A DNA stretch of 64,000 bases from Octopus bimaculoides (GCF_001194135.2 NC_068993.1:63746802-63810801), one strand, 5' to 3'. Counted from the stretch's first letter, positions 25,959 to 38,907 are shown. The notes: a model not told the origin generated them from the sequence alone. Numbers and translations: made by a program.

Positions 25959-26036
25959 GTAGCCAGTCTTTTCTCCTGTGTCCTGGTACTAATCGTTATA
26001 ATCGTAATTGGGCCTTTGTTCAGAGACCTTCCAAAC
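25959..26036 (+). CDS. SLC26A: SLC26 coding exon 9 (VASLFSCVLVLIVIIVIGPLFRDLPN)
   Basis: cttccag| acceptor, |gtaagt donor, 78 nt; GPLFxxLP motif. Confidence 0.94.
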
Positions 26037-26265
26037 GTAAGTATTTTTGCTTCATTTTCATTACTTTCTACTCTTGTATATATGCCCAATACACGTTAGT
26101 AAACCATTCTTCACTATTTTAAACATCGCCACACCCTTGATATAGTAAAATAAAACTGGGGTAAACTAAACAGAAAAGAAATTGACAAAGCAAAATCCCA
26201 AAATGGTTCATATTTGGTTGATTAAAAATTTAATGGCAAGTATTTATTGACCTTTTTCTTTTCTT

Positions 26266-26298
26266 TAAAAATCGGCACGAACTTTCCGGACAACCCAA
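26266..26298. mobile_element. Isolated mariner-type terminal inverted repeat
   Basis: aaaaatcggcacgaactttccggacaacccaa followed by TA; reverse complement is TA-TTGGGTTGTCCGGAAAGTTC. Confidence 0.55.
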
Positions 26299-27112
26299 TA
26301 CATTTATGTAATATCTATATTAGTATATTACGTTTATATATTATACTGCTCAATAGGGACCTACATTAAAGGCGAAATCAGTGGTTATTGTGCGTGAGTT
26401 GTCAGCTGATATTTTATGGAGTTTGAATTAGTTGAATCTTTTGCTATTGCTTACACGCACACGTACATACACACACACACGCACACATGCACGCGTATAC
26501 ATACGCACACGCGCACACAAACACACACAAGCACTAACACATACACGCGCTCACACACATACACATACATATAATAAAGATACTGGTATGAGAGGACCAT
26601 AAAAATGGTGCATTCAAAAGAAATAAACTTGAATTAATGTTAAATAATGCACTGGCATAACATACATTCATATACTTTAAATAGCCTTTCATAATAAGAT
26701 TGTTAAAATCGTAATAATGAAAATACTGTGAAGAATCGGATCCAAAGAGAATTTAATATGAGGGTTTGTTTCATGTAAATTGTTTTTAGGCCAATAAAAA
26801 CAATAAATACTTTATTTCGAAATTGTTAAAGACTTAAACCCTGTTGAGCTTATGCCATAAAAATGACAGTGACCCACTCATATGCTGCAAGTTATTTGTA
26901 TTCATGGCTTACGCAGTGGACTGCAGAAAAGTGTTTGGAGATAACGATCCAGAGTTTTGCTTCTTTGATTTGTATGAGGATAATATTACTTACAAAATCC
27001 CTTGAAAACTTTAGCCATAAAAGAGTAGAACGTGGCCCCCTTTTGTCAGTTCTAGCATTAAGTGCATGACAAAATGTTTTGTGAACATAGCATATAAGAA
27101 GTCTAAAGGCAC

Positions 27113-27148
<36 letters not shown>

Positions 27149-27356
27149 NNNNNNNNNNNNNNNNNNNNNNNNNNNNNNNNNNNNNNNNNNNNNNNNNNNN
27201 NNNNNNNNNNNNNNNNNNNNNNNNNNNNNNNNNNNNNNNNNNNNNNNNNNNNNNNNNNNNNNNNNNNNNNNNNNNNNNNNNNNNNNNNNNNNNNNNNNNN
27301 NNNNNNNNNNNNNNNNNNNNNNNNNNNNNNNNNNNNNNNNNNNNNNNNNNNNNNNN

Positions 27357-27416
<60 letters not shown>

Positions 27417-27491
27417 AAGCAGCTTACCCCTAACTGGGTTTATTTATGAAGTTATGTCCTTCACAATATTTTAAAGAATTTTCTATATACA

Positions 27492-27885
27492 GGCGCAGGA
27501 GTAGTTGCGTAATCATAAAATTTGTTTTCCTACCACATACTTCCAGGTTCAGTCCCAATGCGTGCTACCTTGGCCAAATCTCTTTTACCAGATTCTTGTG
27601 AGTGGACTTGGTAGATGGAAACTGAAAGAAGCCCGTCGTATATATGCGTATGTGTGCGTGTGTGAGTATGTGTGTGTGTATGTGCGTTGCTCTCTGTTTT
27701 GTGCTCCGTCACTGTTTGACAACCGGTGTTGGTAGGTTCACGTCTCCGTAAATTAATGATCGGCAAAAAAAAAAAGAGCGACAAATTAAGTAGCAGGCAC
27801 CAAAAAGTACCGAGTGAATTCATTTGCCTAAAATTCTTCAAGGTGGTGCCACAGTCTAACGACTAAGACGAATGAAAGGTCAAAG
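27492..27885 (+). mobile_element. SINE family B
   Basis: ggcgcaggagtag head, ggttcagtccc B box, gaaactgaaagaagcccgtcgtata, internal TG repeat. Confidence 0.85.
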
Positions 27886-30251
27886 GTGAGAGACACATCT
27901 GACTATCGCTTGTTGTTAGTAAAGTATGAAACTTAAAGTTAGGATATAGTGTTCTTAACAGACTATATCATATATACGCCATCATAAACGCACATAAATA
28001 AACACACTTACCTCTCTCGCTCCTACTCTGTCTGTTTATATACATACATACGTACTCACACATACATACATACATACATACATACATATTTATGTGTCTG
28101 TATATACGATTGTATTTGAAATATTACGTAAAATGCACCGTACAAATATTATAGATTTACAGTTAATTATGTTTAAATGAAATAAAAACTCCAGACAGTA
28201 ATTTGCTTTACTTTTTCTTTTGTGCGTGTGTGTGCAGTTCAAACGATATCTCATCATAACAAAAAAATGATGGCTTTTACAAAGTTTTCAAAGTTTCAAA
28301 GAATAATCAAATACTTGAAACATAACGAAAGCTAAGATGCTCTCAGAATGTCATTCTGCCGCTAAAAATATCTCTTTATATGGAAGATCGATAATAGATA
28401 TTGTAAAATAACCTACTGTCTGTCGTTGCTCTAATTTCATTGGAACATATTTAACGGTAAATCTATATCACCCGTACAATGCATTTCAAGAATTGTTTCA
28501 CGTTTTTACTTGGCAAAGCAATGACAAGAGGGAGGCGGAGGGAGAGAGACAGAGGTGGGTAGGAAGAAATGGAAAGAGAGAGAAAGAGAGAGGGGGAGAG
28601 AGGGAGACAAACAGACAGAAAAAGAAAGGTAGAAATGCAAGAGGAAATGAACAATAAAACCATTTTCTACAGTTAACTCTCATGGCCACCTCTTCGAGTT
28701 GTAGAGTGGCACTCAAAACCTAACAAGAGGTGATTTGCTAAAGTAGAAGTTGGTTTGTGTTAGAGAGAGAGATGGGGGAGGGAGGGAGCGAGAGAAAGAG
28801 AGAGACAGCAGAGCATGGAGACATTGTTAGTGGCGACAAAATGTCATTATGAGGAAGTCTAATGTTTTGTTAGATTTGAAGTTTCTTTGAGATTATTCTT
28901 TGAAATTTTTAAGAGTTTGAAAACACCAATTTTTCATGTCGAGATATCGTTTGAACTGTTTGAAATTTAATACAGAAGATCAATATTATAAATTGTAAGA
29001 AAAAAATGTTGTCTGGCGTTCTTATTTCAATTATATTCACAGATACACAAATACAGACAGACAGATATAAATACATACAGACAACACCCCAACACACCTG
29101 TATGTATGTATGTATGTATATCTATAAATCAAATATTGTCTGATCAATCGTACATGTACTTGTATTAAACTCCAAGTAGCAATGAATTAAATCATCGGTA
29201 GATTCCAATCATACATAATACATATATAGAAATACACGCGCGCGCGCACACACACACATACACACATATATATACACGCACACGCATGTATACACAGATT
29301 TACAAAATATCCACCAATCTGTCCTTCTATATATACACACACATACGTACATACATACATCTATAATGCATACATACACACATATACAGACATATACACA
29401 CACACGTTCGTACATGCATACATACATGCATACAGACGCACACGTGTATGAGTGTATGTATGCATGTATGTATGTATATTTATACATACATACGCTCTTC
29501 AAAAATGTATGATTCGAAGATCTCGAAAAGCTCGAGGTTTCAACGAAGAAAAGTGACTGCAGCTAATATTGTCTTTAGAAAAACCATTTGTAAATGGTAC
29601 AAAATATTGCAAGACACTGTGAAAGGCAACCTGTTCTCTTCGCCGTTTTTGCTACACTTATTCCACTGATGGAACATAATCACTGACACACATACTTTTT
29701 TTTTCTTTTTGTAGATGGATTCGAAATTCATTCTTTCCGTTTATTCATTTCCCATGTATTCTGACCACAGATTCAACTTATTACTTATTTGCTGTAGAGC
29801 ACTGTCGGTAAATAAATGCTTCGAGTGGATGAATTAAGAGGCACTTAGGAGGAGGATGCTTATCTCGTTACCTCACCCAAGATACACTTGCACACACACA
29901 TATACGTATACTTATATATATATATATTTATTTCTCCTTAATTTATCTTAAATAATATTTATTTAACCCTTTAGCTGTGAAACTTAATTTCGTGGTTATT
30001 CCAGTAATGATGTGAATTATCTATCAAAATATAGAACTGGTATTTGCTGTAAGTCACGTTTCCTCAATAAACTCGACATGGCTCGACATGAATTAGATAA
30101 GGCTAATGTAATTTTGAGTGGAAATGTCTGATTTCTGCAGTAAAAGGGTTAATCAGTTAATCATGGTTATTTATTTTTTTAATATCTGCTTACTCCTCTT
30201 TCTACACACCTTCCATAATCTTTGCTTAACTGTTTCCTCTTTCTTCCACAG

Positions 30252-30347
30252 TGTACATTATCTGCTATAATTATGGTAGCTTTACGAACCATGCTGCTCC
30301 AAGTTCTCGAACTGAAACGGTTATGGAGGTTGTCCAAGTATGATTTT
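30252..30347 (+). CDS. SLC26A: SLC26 coding exon 10 (CTLSAIIMVALRTMLLQVLELKRLWRLSKYDF)
   Basis: ttccacag| acceptor, |gttagt donor, 96 nt; matches family xLAAIIxVxL...LWRxxKxDF. Confidence 0.93.
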
Positions 30348-31087
30348 GTTAGTATTACTTTTTGTATCTTTTGTTGAATAAAACCATAAGTCATTTCTAA
30401 ATTTATTTGTGTCTAGGGAGAATCGTTGGCTGTTAAACATCAACGTATTTATCTGATGTCAGCTTTCTACACAGTCGACTTCACCTGTGGTTCGATTCTC
30501 TTACAGTTGGCTTCATTCGTTCTTGATTGGTTTCAAACCTAATTAGCTTCAAGCTTGATTAGCTTATCCCGCTGTAGACTTCCCCTGTTATTTCATTAAA
30601 TCGTGCTGGGTTTTATCCGTGGGGAACTTCACTTGTTTGCTTACGGCTTCCTCAGTATTTAGCTCCACCTGCTGGTCAGTTTTACTCGCAGAGGCTTCAT
30701 ACACAGTTAGTTCTCCATTTACCTGATTTCCTCGAACTCAGCTTCATTCGCTAAAGCATTCAGCGTTTTCGACTTCATCCGTAACATAATCCAAATATTG
30801 ATCATTCTTAGCTTCGCGAAGACTTTATATCTAGTTAGCTTCAGTAGAGACCAGATTCCACACAGTTGTTTTTTCTCACACGACATCTGCTTTACCAGCA
30901 GCCAGTTACATTTGTGAGTGGTTGCGTCAGTGGCACTTCTGGGGTAAATAGAATTAGTACCAGTCATGTAGTGGGGAGGTCATTCCTTCTTGCTAAAACA
31001 TGTAGTCCGGTGCTTATGTTATAAATCATTATGTGAGACTAACAAATCCAGACACATAACCCAATACTAATAATGACATTAATAATA

Positions 31088-31279
31088 GTTTCAAATTCTG
31101 GCGATTCCGGGAAGAGGTTAAATTCATTATATCGACTCCAGTATGCAACTGGTACTTAATTTATCCATCCTGAAAGGCAAAGTCGACCTCGGCGGAATTT
31201 GAATTCGGAACGTAAAGACAGACGAAATGCCGCTAAGCATTTTGTCCGTCGTGCTAGCGCTTCTGCCAGCTCGCCGACC
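31088..31279 (-). mobile_element. SINE family A
   Basis: ggtacttaattt...aggcaaagtcgacctcggcggaatttgaa...ctgccagctcgcc. Confidence 0.85.
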
Positions 31280-31386
31280 TACAGGGTCAGTAATATTGCG
31301 AAGCACTTCGTATCACAATTGCAATACAGAATTTCAATAAGACGTAACTTGAATGTTTAGACATTTCATTTTTTTTTTTTTATTAG

Positions 31387-31493
31387 TCAATCTGGCTGAT
31401 AACCTTTCTATCCGTGGTCATTCTACACGTGGACTTTGGTCTTGGAATCGGCATCGTTTTTTCAGTCTTTACAGTTGTTATACGGACTCAGAG
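31387..31493 (+). CDS. SLC26A: SLC26 coding exon 11 (SIWLITFLSVVILHVDFGLGIGIVFSVFTVVIRTQ-R)
   Basis: poly-T tract plus tattag| acceptor, |gtgagt donor, 107 nt, phase 0 to 2; TM13-14. Confidence 0.95.
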
Positions 31494-32186
31494 GTGAGTA
31501 TGAATAACCGAATGAATAAATAGATTTATTTCCTAGAGAAATTAAGTTTATTCTTTCGCGTAATATTTTAAATCTAATATGTTTTGCCTTTGGCACCTTG
31601 ATAAAGTTTATACATGATTATTATTGCTTGTTGGTTTGCCCCTCATCATCCGTTGACCAAACAGAGCTACGCTCGAAAGAATTTTAGGCATAACCATTCC
31701 GCCTTTTTATATATCAGCGAGTGCATTGTCTTCTGTCCTCCTGATATAGATGTGACGTTGTTCTCGTATTTGCTGTTGTTCGTTTTGTTTAACTTCCTGA
31801 CTCTTAGTTCCAATATCTCCAAAGCGACGCCAAGATTCACAATGGTCACCACCACACACATTATCTGTTTAGAAGTAGGTGGACTCAGCAATTGAACTTA
31901 TAAGTGCGTTGACTACAACCATAACAGAGTGCTGGCAACAAGAATCGAACCTTTGTCCTCTCACCTAGTTGCTCAGTACCCATTCAATTTCTCTCTCCTT
32001 AAGCTCCAATATCCTGTTTGTTATATATTTCAAAGCGAACGCAGCCACAAATCTCTCTTTCTCTTTTAGTTTTGCATTTCTTAATTAATTTTCATTCTTG
32101 TCTATTATGTTTTTCTCTGTATTAGTTTAAAGCTCTCTCCATCTCGCTCTTTTCCTCAATAAATTCCTCTTTCTCCCATACATCAG

Positions 32187-32256
32187 AACCAATTTGAAGT
32201 TAATCGGTAAAATTGATGAAAGTGAAGTATTCCGGCCAGAGAGTGAATATCAAATT
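32187..32256 (+). CDS. SLC26A: SLC26 coding exon 12 (R-TNLKLIGKIDESEVFRPESEYQI)
   Basis: catcag| acceptor, |gtaagt donor, 70 nt, phase 2 to 0; start of the STAS domain. Confidence 0.88.
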
Positions 32257-32621
32257 GTAAGTTTGACCAAATATTTCTTTCCTATAATTCATCCAATTGC
32301 ATAAAAACAAAACTACATGTAATAATTTAGGGAATTTACAAGGGGGTAGCCGTGGGTCAAGGAATCGGGTGAGTAGAGGATTAAATATTATACCCTAGAA
32401 TAATATCAGTTTCAAATTCTGGGGACAAGGCCAGCAATTTTGGCGGAAGGGAATCAAAGATGACATAAAATTGAACCGTTGCCAAGTGGAGAAACTATTG
32501 TATGAACTCCTTGCTTCACCAAATGTTGTCCCCAATTAAAGAAACTATACGTGAAATTCATACGTAGCGTATACACTAATTGAAACTAATTAACGAAGTG
32601 CGTTTCGTTCCTCTTTTTCAG

Positions 32622-32768
32622 TCAAAACAATATTCAGGAATAAAGATTCTCTATTATAATGCTTCGATTTACTTCGCCAATGCCGAGATCTTTGTCAAGC
32701 AGGTGCAGGAAACATCAGGAATAAACCCAGAGAAAGTTCTAAAGAGACTTAAGAAGGAAAGAAAATCG
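32622..32768 (+). CDS. SLC26A: SLC26 coding exon 13 (SKQYSGIKILYYNASIYFANAEIF...KKERKS)
   Basis: tttttcag| acceptor, |gtaagt donor, 147 nt; STAS xIYFANxE motif. Confidence 0.95.
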
Positions 32769-32823
32769 GTAAGTTTTATAACCGCAACACTATACACAGT
32801 CGCGCACGCACATACACACACAC

Positions 32824-32854
<31 letters not shown>

Positions 32855-33011
32855 AACACGCACACACACATTGATAAATCATAAAACTGATTTTTTTTAG
32901 TTAATTCGAACGACGAATTACGTTCTTTAAAATATTTGCTTTTACCTATGTTTTGCTTGGTGACTTGCTTGTTAATATTTCATAATTTCATATTTGTTTT
33001 CAAATTTTCAG

Positions 33012-33170
33012 CTTCTTGGAAAAGAAGAGAATAACAAATCAAACAATCAGATGGATATTGAAAAAAGAAACGAACATAATTTAAATGTTAACATTCCGAT
33101 AAATTATATAATTGTTGATGTCAGCGGCGTGAACTTTGTTGACACGGTTGGAGTAAAAATTCTGAAAACG
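33012..33170 (+). CDS. SLC26A: SLC26 coding exon 14 (LLGKEENN...YIIVDVSGVNFVDTVGVKILKT)
   Basis: ttttcag| acceptor, ACG|gtaatt donor, 159 nt; STAS DxSxVxFxDxxG motif. Confidence 0.94.
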
Positions 33171-33618
33171 GTAATTGTCTTCCTATATTGTATCTTCTTA
33201 TCATTGATTGATTGATTGTTGTTGTTTATTCCGTGACGGCTGTACGTGAACAAGGGAACGCTGGACTATGTTATCTAGTGTTTTTGCCCTTATGCGGCTG
33301 TAACGTTTTATTTGAGGGTGCCTAGGTTGCTGTTTCTAGCAAGTTAAGCAACTCTGTAGAGCATTCTGATTGTGGCTTCCTCTCGTAGCTTCTTCTTTGT
33401 TTTGTTTCCACATTGTTCTCTGTCTTCAGCGTGGTTAGAACCTGAAAATCGAAACCAGTAGAAACGAACAAAAACAACAAGCGGTACCTTAATATTTTGA
33501 ATGCTTTGAGTTTGTTTCGGTTGAGCATTGTCCAGTTCACCATTATACTTTCTTCAAAGAAAGATTAGGGTCCTACACTGTAAGTAATATACAGATCAAT
33601 AATATCACTCGAGACAAA

Positions 33619-33947
33619 GGCGGCGAACTGGCAAAAACGTTAGCACACCGGGCGAAATACCCGGGGTCGATATAACCGACTTAATCTGTTTGTCTGTCCT
33701 TGTTTGTCCCCTCTGTGTGTAGCCCCTTGTAGGTAGTAAAGAAATAAGAAACGTTAGCTAGACGGGCGAAATGCTTAGCGGTATTTCGTCTATCTTTACG
33801 TTCTGAGTTCAAATTTCGCCGAAGTTGACTTTGCCTTTCATCCTTTCGGAGTCGATAAATTAAGTACCAGTTGCGTACTGAGGTCGTTCTAATCGACTGG
33901 CCCCCACCCCTAAAATTTCGGGCATTGTGCCTTGAGTAGAAAAGAAT
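33619..33947 (+). mobile_element. Two tandem SINE family A copies with different 3' tails (first one internally deleted)
   Basis: ggcggcgaactggc head joined to ggggtcgatataaccgacttaatctgtttgtc...aaagaaata; second copy ends aaatttcgggcattgtgccttgagtagaaaagaat. Confidence 0.8.
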
Positions 33948-34039
33948 ATTACAGCAAAAAGGTAAATGTCAAAAAGTTGGACAATCTTAAAAAGACAAAT
34001 AATCCAAAAATCTTTGACTTACAATCGGAACACTCTTAT

Positions 34040-34096
34040 NNNNNNNNNNNNNNNNNNNNNNNNNNNNNNNNNNNNNNNNNNNNNNNNNNNNNNNNN
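34040..34096. other. Assembly gap (57 N) inside the intron that should hold the missing SLC26 exon; other gaps at 1495-1659, 8841-9102, 10980-11013, 27149-27356, 39397-39883, 43532-43689, 44587-44893, 46242-46251, 53139-53401
   Basis: N runs read directly; most abut microsatellites or poly-G, typical of short-read scaffolding. Confidence 0.98.
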
Positions 34097-34289
34097 ATGG
34101 AGTTAAACGCAGGTGTTAAAAAGTTCCGTGAAGCGGTTAGTAAGAACTTTCCAAAAAAATTCTAGATATTATTCGATTAAAAATTCTTGTTTTAACAAGA
34201 TTCTTCTACCTACAGAAAAGAGACAAATATATAACTGTTAAAGTTTTGATTATGGTATGCAATAATCCTTCGACTATTGCGGCTGTTAC

Positions 34290-34473
34290 GCTCCAAAACC
34301 TCCTGCGAGAGGTGAAAATCCGCGAAGTAGAAACAGTAGTGTATATCTTTTAAAGTTATTTTTCTAATTTGTATTTATTTTATTATAAATGCAAAACAAG
34401 ACCACGGAAAAATCAACGTAAGCTTAAATAATAAACTGCGATAGGTGACCCGCGATATGGCGAGGGATTACTG
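34290..34473. mobile_element. pogo/Tigger-like DNA transposon end
   Basis: gcgataggtgacccgcgatatggcgagggattactg followed by TA is the reverse complement of a CAGTAxTCCCTCGC-type Tigger TIR; partner TIR not seen. Confidence 0.55.
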
Positions 34474-35310
34474 TACATAGAATACTAAATGATTCTATAG
34501 ACTCAGCACAAGTTTGAGCAAATCTGCCGTTTAGAAACCATAGCAATATAGAAACATTTGGATATAGAAAATGTTGAGTTGAATAAACTTTAAAAAAAAT
34601 TTGTTTACCTTGTCCAATAAAAATTGAGATATTTTATGTCGGAATATAAAAAGAAATCATTGCAAAACAGAGGAGTTAATCCCCTCCAAAAACCCATCCC
34701 AATAAATATTCACTGAGAACATTGAGTGTTGTGACAAGGCACTGTCGCCGTGATTTATAACTGAATGGCTTTTTCTCCCACTCTTGTTTCATTATTTTTT
34801 TACCCTCAGACTGAAACACTTCTGCCATCGATCTCAGCATCGATTCAACTCCATAATACTTTCACTCTGTCCTTTTCCTCTCAGATTGTGATCATGTTTT
34901 CATTTTTATTCTTTCTTTCATTTTCGCTTTCGAATTTTATCCCTTGTATTTCAACTCTCAAAATTATTGCTTTACAGAAGCTTTTTCTTTTGAATTTTTG
35001 CATGGAACATTTTCAGAAAAAAAAAAAAAAGGAAATTTTAAAATAACATTTTTTTCATATTCCCCAGATTTTCTGTGATTATTTCAGAATCGTTATTCTG
35101 TAAATAGCTCCGCAGTTTACGTCATTGACACGGTTGTCGTTGTTCTTCAGCAATGATATTTATGGCTTCTCCAGCTAAAAAGAATTAGTGACGACCGATT
35201 TCTGTGACTTCAACTTGATCTCAAAGATTCTATTTCAGTCTCCTCTCTTTCTCTTTCTCTCTCTCCCCCATATCTCTCTCTTTCTATACCTAATATGCAT
35301 ATGTATATGG

Positions 35311-35351
<41 letters not shown>

Positions 35352-35698
35352 GTTGATGATGATTTATTTATCTTGTTATCAGTTGATAGCCGTCTCACAC
35401 CCAGCCTGACTGTTTTGGTTTACTTTCATGCTTGCAATGCCAATGACTTTTCAGGCCAGACATCCATCGCCATAGGACTTTATAAAATTCAAAACGGATC
35501 AAGGAACGAAATGAGAGTGAGACATCTGTACGTTATTGGATTTAAGGGACAAAATATTGTACAACAGTTTTGCCACTTTCTCGCTCGCTGTCGTAGGTTC
35601 CAGTGATAAGTTTTGCAAGATGGCGGCTCCTATTCTGAATGCAAGTTTTATGTCAGGGCTTTCTTTCTCCTCCAAGTGCTGCCTTCCCTACGGCTTTG

Positions 35699-35876
35699 CT
35701 CTTCTTCTTCTTCTTCTTCTTCTTCTTCTTCTTCTTCTTCTTCTTCTTCTTCTTCTTCTTCTTCTTCTTCTTCTTCTTCTTCTTCTTCTTCTTCTTCTCC
35801 TCCTCCTCCTCCTCCTCCTCCTCCTCCTCCTTCTTCTTCTTCTTCTTATCATCATCATTGTCGTCGTCGTCGTCGT
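35699..35876. repeat. Compound (CTT)n(CCT)n(CTT)n(CAT)n(CGT)n triplet array
   Basis: Direct reading. Confidence 0.95.
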
Positions 35877-36069
35877 CCGAAGATCCTTTCTTCTTTGTAT
35901 GCTGACACGTCGTCAGATTTTTTTTTTGCTTTGATTAAAACATCAAAGACTCTCAGTAAATGTTAGAATTTGTCCAAGTTATCTTTTAATTCAATTTCCT
36001 CCACAGCCATTGGCTGACATGTGACCTTCACTATTCTCGATTTTCCTTTTTATCTTCTTATTTTCTCAG

Positions 36070-36191
36070 ATCCTGTTTACACCATGTTAGAATTGACTGA
36101 CTTTGTATCAGACTACGGAGATCGTTTGTATATGACCATCTTAGATGCTATTCGAGGAATCGACATTCCTATTTCTACTTACAACAGTGAG
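36070..36191 (+). CDS. SLC26A: SLC26 late STAS exon (D-PVYTMLELTDFVSDYGDRLYMTILDAIRGIDIPISTYNSE)
   Basis: Long pyrimidine tract plus ttctcag|; LYMTILDAI matches family LFxSIHDAV; needs a phase-1 upstream exon; GAG|gtaagt donor, or read-through to TAG at 36246-36248. Confidence 0.85.
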
Positions 36192-37099
36192 GTAAGTTTA
36201 AGAACCAGGAAATTACTGAGAATATTAGACAGTTACAAGATCTTATAGTTTAAGTAATGCGAAGCAGTACCTTGTAGCGTTAATGTTTCTGTCTTCCTAA
36301 CGACATTAGCCTTAAATAGGATAACGAAATGGTTTGAAATAAATGAAATAAAAAAAACAAAAACAAAAAAAAACAAATATATACTGTTTGTTCTCCCGGC
36401 AAGTCAGGAGCAATATTATTTGATCATACACTGTAATGTTGTTTCGGGTTCTGGCTAAAAATATATCTTTTAACAAAGGGCTTTAGATAAAGGAATAAAT
36501 CTCATACAATGTTCACTTCCTTCATAAATTCGATGTCTTTTATGTTAAAGTAATAAATCAATATTATTTGTTTAAAGCTACTTGCCTAACGTTCAACACC
36601 TGCGTAGGTAACTGGGAATCAGATTGATCTAAGATGTTTCAGTGTAGCATATGCACACTGCGACATTTGCATTTCTTTTCTTTCAGTACAAAATCCATGT
36701 TCCTTTTAGTCTGACACATGTAGCGTCGTACTTTCGCTCTAAGCTAAGCCGTGCGCTTTTGTTCATCATATATATTCAGGTCAATCTAGAATATGTATTT
36801 TATAAATATTGAGTGAAATTTATGGGCCACGTGTTGTATGTGTTCACCTTTGCCTACGGATTGCACGTTGTTTGATGGTTCAATTCAACGACTGATAAAG
36901 CTTATATATTCATTACAGATTAAGACTAAAGCATTTGAGAATTATATAATCTAAGAGTAGAGCACCGGTTACTGATTTCGATTCCTGGGCTTCATTACGG
37001 CTGAGGAAGTCTCCCGGGGAAAACATATTCTCAGTCTAGCTAGGACCACATCTCAAAGACTTACCTTTCTCATTAGAAAATATTTCATCCCCCTACATC

Positions 37100-37520
37100 T
37101 GATGACACTCTGCAATGCTCGAGTGAAGTCCACAATGCTGTGGTGTTCTCAAAGAGGGGGCGGTGCTATTAGTCACAGTGACGACCTGCAACGGATCTAG
37201 AGAAGGGTCGCTCGTCTGGGTTGCCTTGCTTTACTAACAGATACACTCCAACTTCTGATCTAATATACTGGCCTCTGCTCCTCGGAGCAAACTGATCTCA
37301 AACCCCAACCACCAAGGCACACAAATCCACTCGTATCTCTGTTTCTGGGCACACACGTCACACTCAATACGTCCAACAATCCTTTTCTCGTATCAATCAC
37401 TATGCCAAATTCTTCATCCGGAAAAACAATGTCCTTCTGAAATCAGCCCTTCGCTCATGATTTTCCTGTGAGTGCTGAAATGCAACAGTTTCGATTAAAC
37501 AAACAACGTCAGTCTTAATA
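37100..37520 (+). mobile_element. CR1/L2/Jockey-group LINE ORF2 3' remnant
   Basis: Degenerate VKSTMLWCSQRGGGA...LQRI*RRVARL...LTDTLQLL, SRINHYAKFFIRK and DFPVSAEMQQFR segments resemble post-RT LINE C-terminal motifs. Confidence 0.55.
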
Positions 37521-38299
37521 ATCTCGGAGGGTTCGGAAGGGTGATGGGACCTGTCACTTCCGCAACCTCATCAACTAAATGAAATTTGATATCTGACAAC
37601 TAACTTATGCTTGAAGCTTGTGGCAAGAAACTGCTCCTTGCATTTCTTTCAGTTTTAATGTTTGTATTTCGTTGTTGTGAATGTGCTCTGTGTGTAACTT
37701 GGTATGATGCGCAGTGTATTGAGTTCTTCGTAATTTTTCATTTGTTATGGGAGGTTTGACGGACCAGAGATCACTGCAATATACCACGAAGGGCCTGGTG
37801 TGTCTGCACCCGATGTTGTCTCTGATGGTCAGTTCTGAGTCGTTGATTCCTTTACTACCTTCGATGTGTCGTGAATGTTGCCGAGGTGTTGTATGTAGGC
37901 CATCGGCCTGAAATGTGGATAACGTTCTTCTTTTCCAAACGAGACTTAACAGAGTGACTTTCATTTTACAACAAATTCATTCCATTAACTATCCACTAAC
38001 CAGTGTCCACGCTACAAAAGATACTTTCTCTATTAGATTCAGTGTTCCTCATTAAATCTGAACAGACTGCTGTTTCAAATTTTAGAGTTATTGTTCAGAT
38101 CAATAGATTTCAATCAAGATAAAATCAGTAATGACGACAACATAAACAAAATGACAAAAGAGAGAGAAAAAAAAAGATTCCGCTAAATTCAGAATTGGTC
38201 ACAGTATCGTTTCTCTTCCATTTTGGTTTAAACACAAAACAAATATGATTTTAAATGACATTGATATCTTTTGGATTTTACTACGAACTATTAGTATGA

Positions 38300-38445
38300 T
38301 AACACACATACATACATACATACATACATACATACATACATACATACATACACACATACATACATACACACACATACATACATACATACATACAAACATA
38401 CATACATACATATGTGTATACACATATGTATGTATACACACAGTT
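38300..38445. repeat. (TACA)n / CA-rich repeat
   Basis: Direct reading. Confidence 0.9.
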
Positions 38446-38540
38446 ATGTAAATTGGCAAGTAGTTATATTCAGAGATATGTGGATATATTCGTAGTTAGC
38501 GGAATACAGGGATATACTGACATATAAAAGCACATATCTG

Positions 38541-38601
<61 letters not shown>

Positions 38602-38873
38602 AATACGAACAAGAACAAGTATCTGTGTGTGTGTATATGTCAATACATATCAATGTTATGTGTGTGTGTGTGTGTGTTTGTTGTTATTGTATCGCATTGT
38701 ATGTTTCTCTATCGTTGATGGGTCCTTGCGTTGCATCCTGTTGAACGCCTTGCATTCGCTAACCCAATAGAGAATGGCATTATCTGGCTAAATGCCTCGT
38801 TACCTTAGCTGATAGCTATTACGGATTTATATACACACATGCATACAATGTGTGCATGCGTGTGTGTGAGTGA

Positions 38874-38907
<34 letters not shown>

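Noticed and set aside
25526-26122. 198-aa hydrophobic ORF in the track
   Set aside because: Wrong frame over true exons 8 and 9 plus intronic CT repeats
34200-34254. AG...GT pair spanning exactly 55 nt as the missing exon
   Set aside because: Translates ILLPTEKRQIYNC* with an internal stop and no SLC26 similarity
35068-35103. IFCDYFRIVIL* after a strong acceptor (ttccccag|) as the missing STAS exon
   Set aside because: In-frame TAA at 35101-35103 and no donor giving a 3n+1 length; resemblance to IxxDY may be chance
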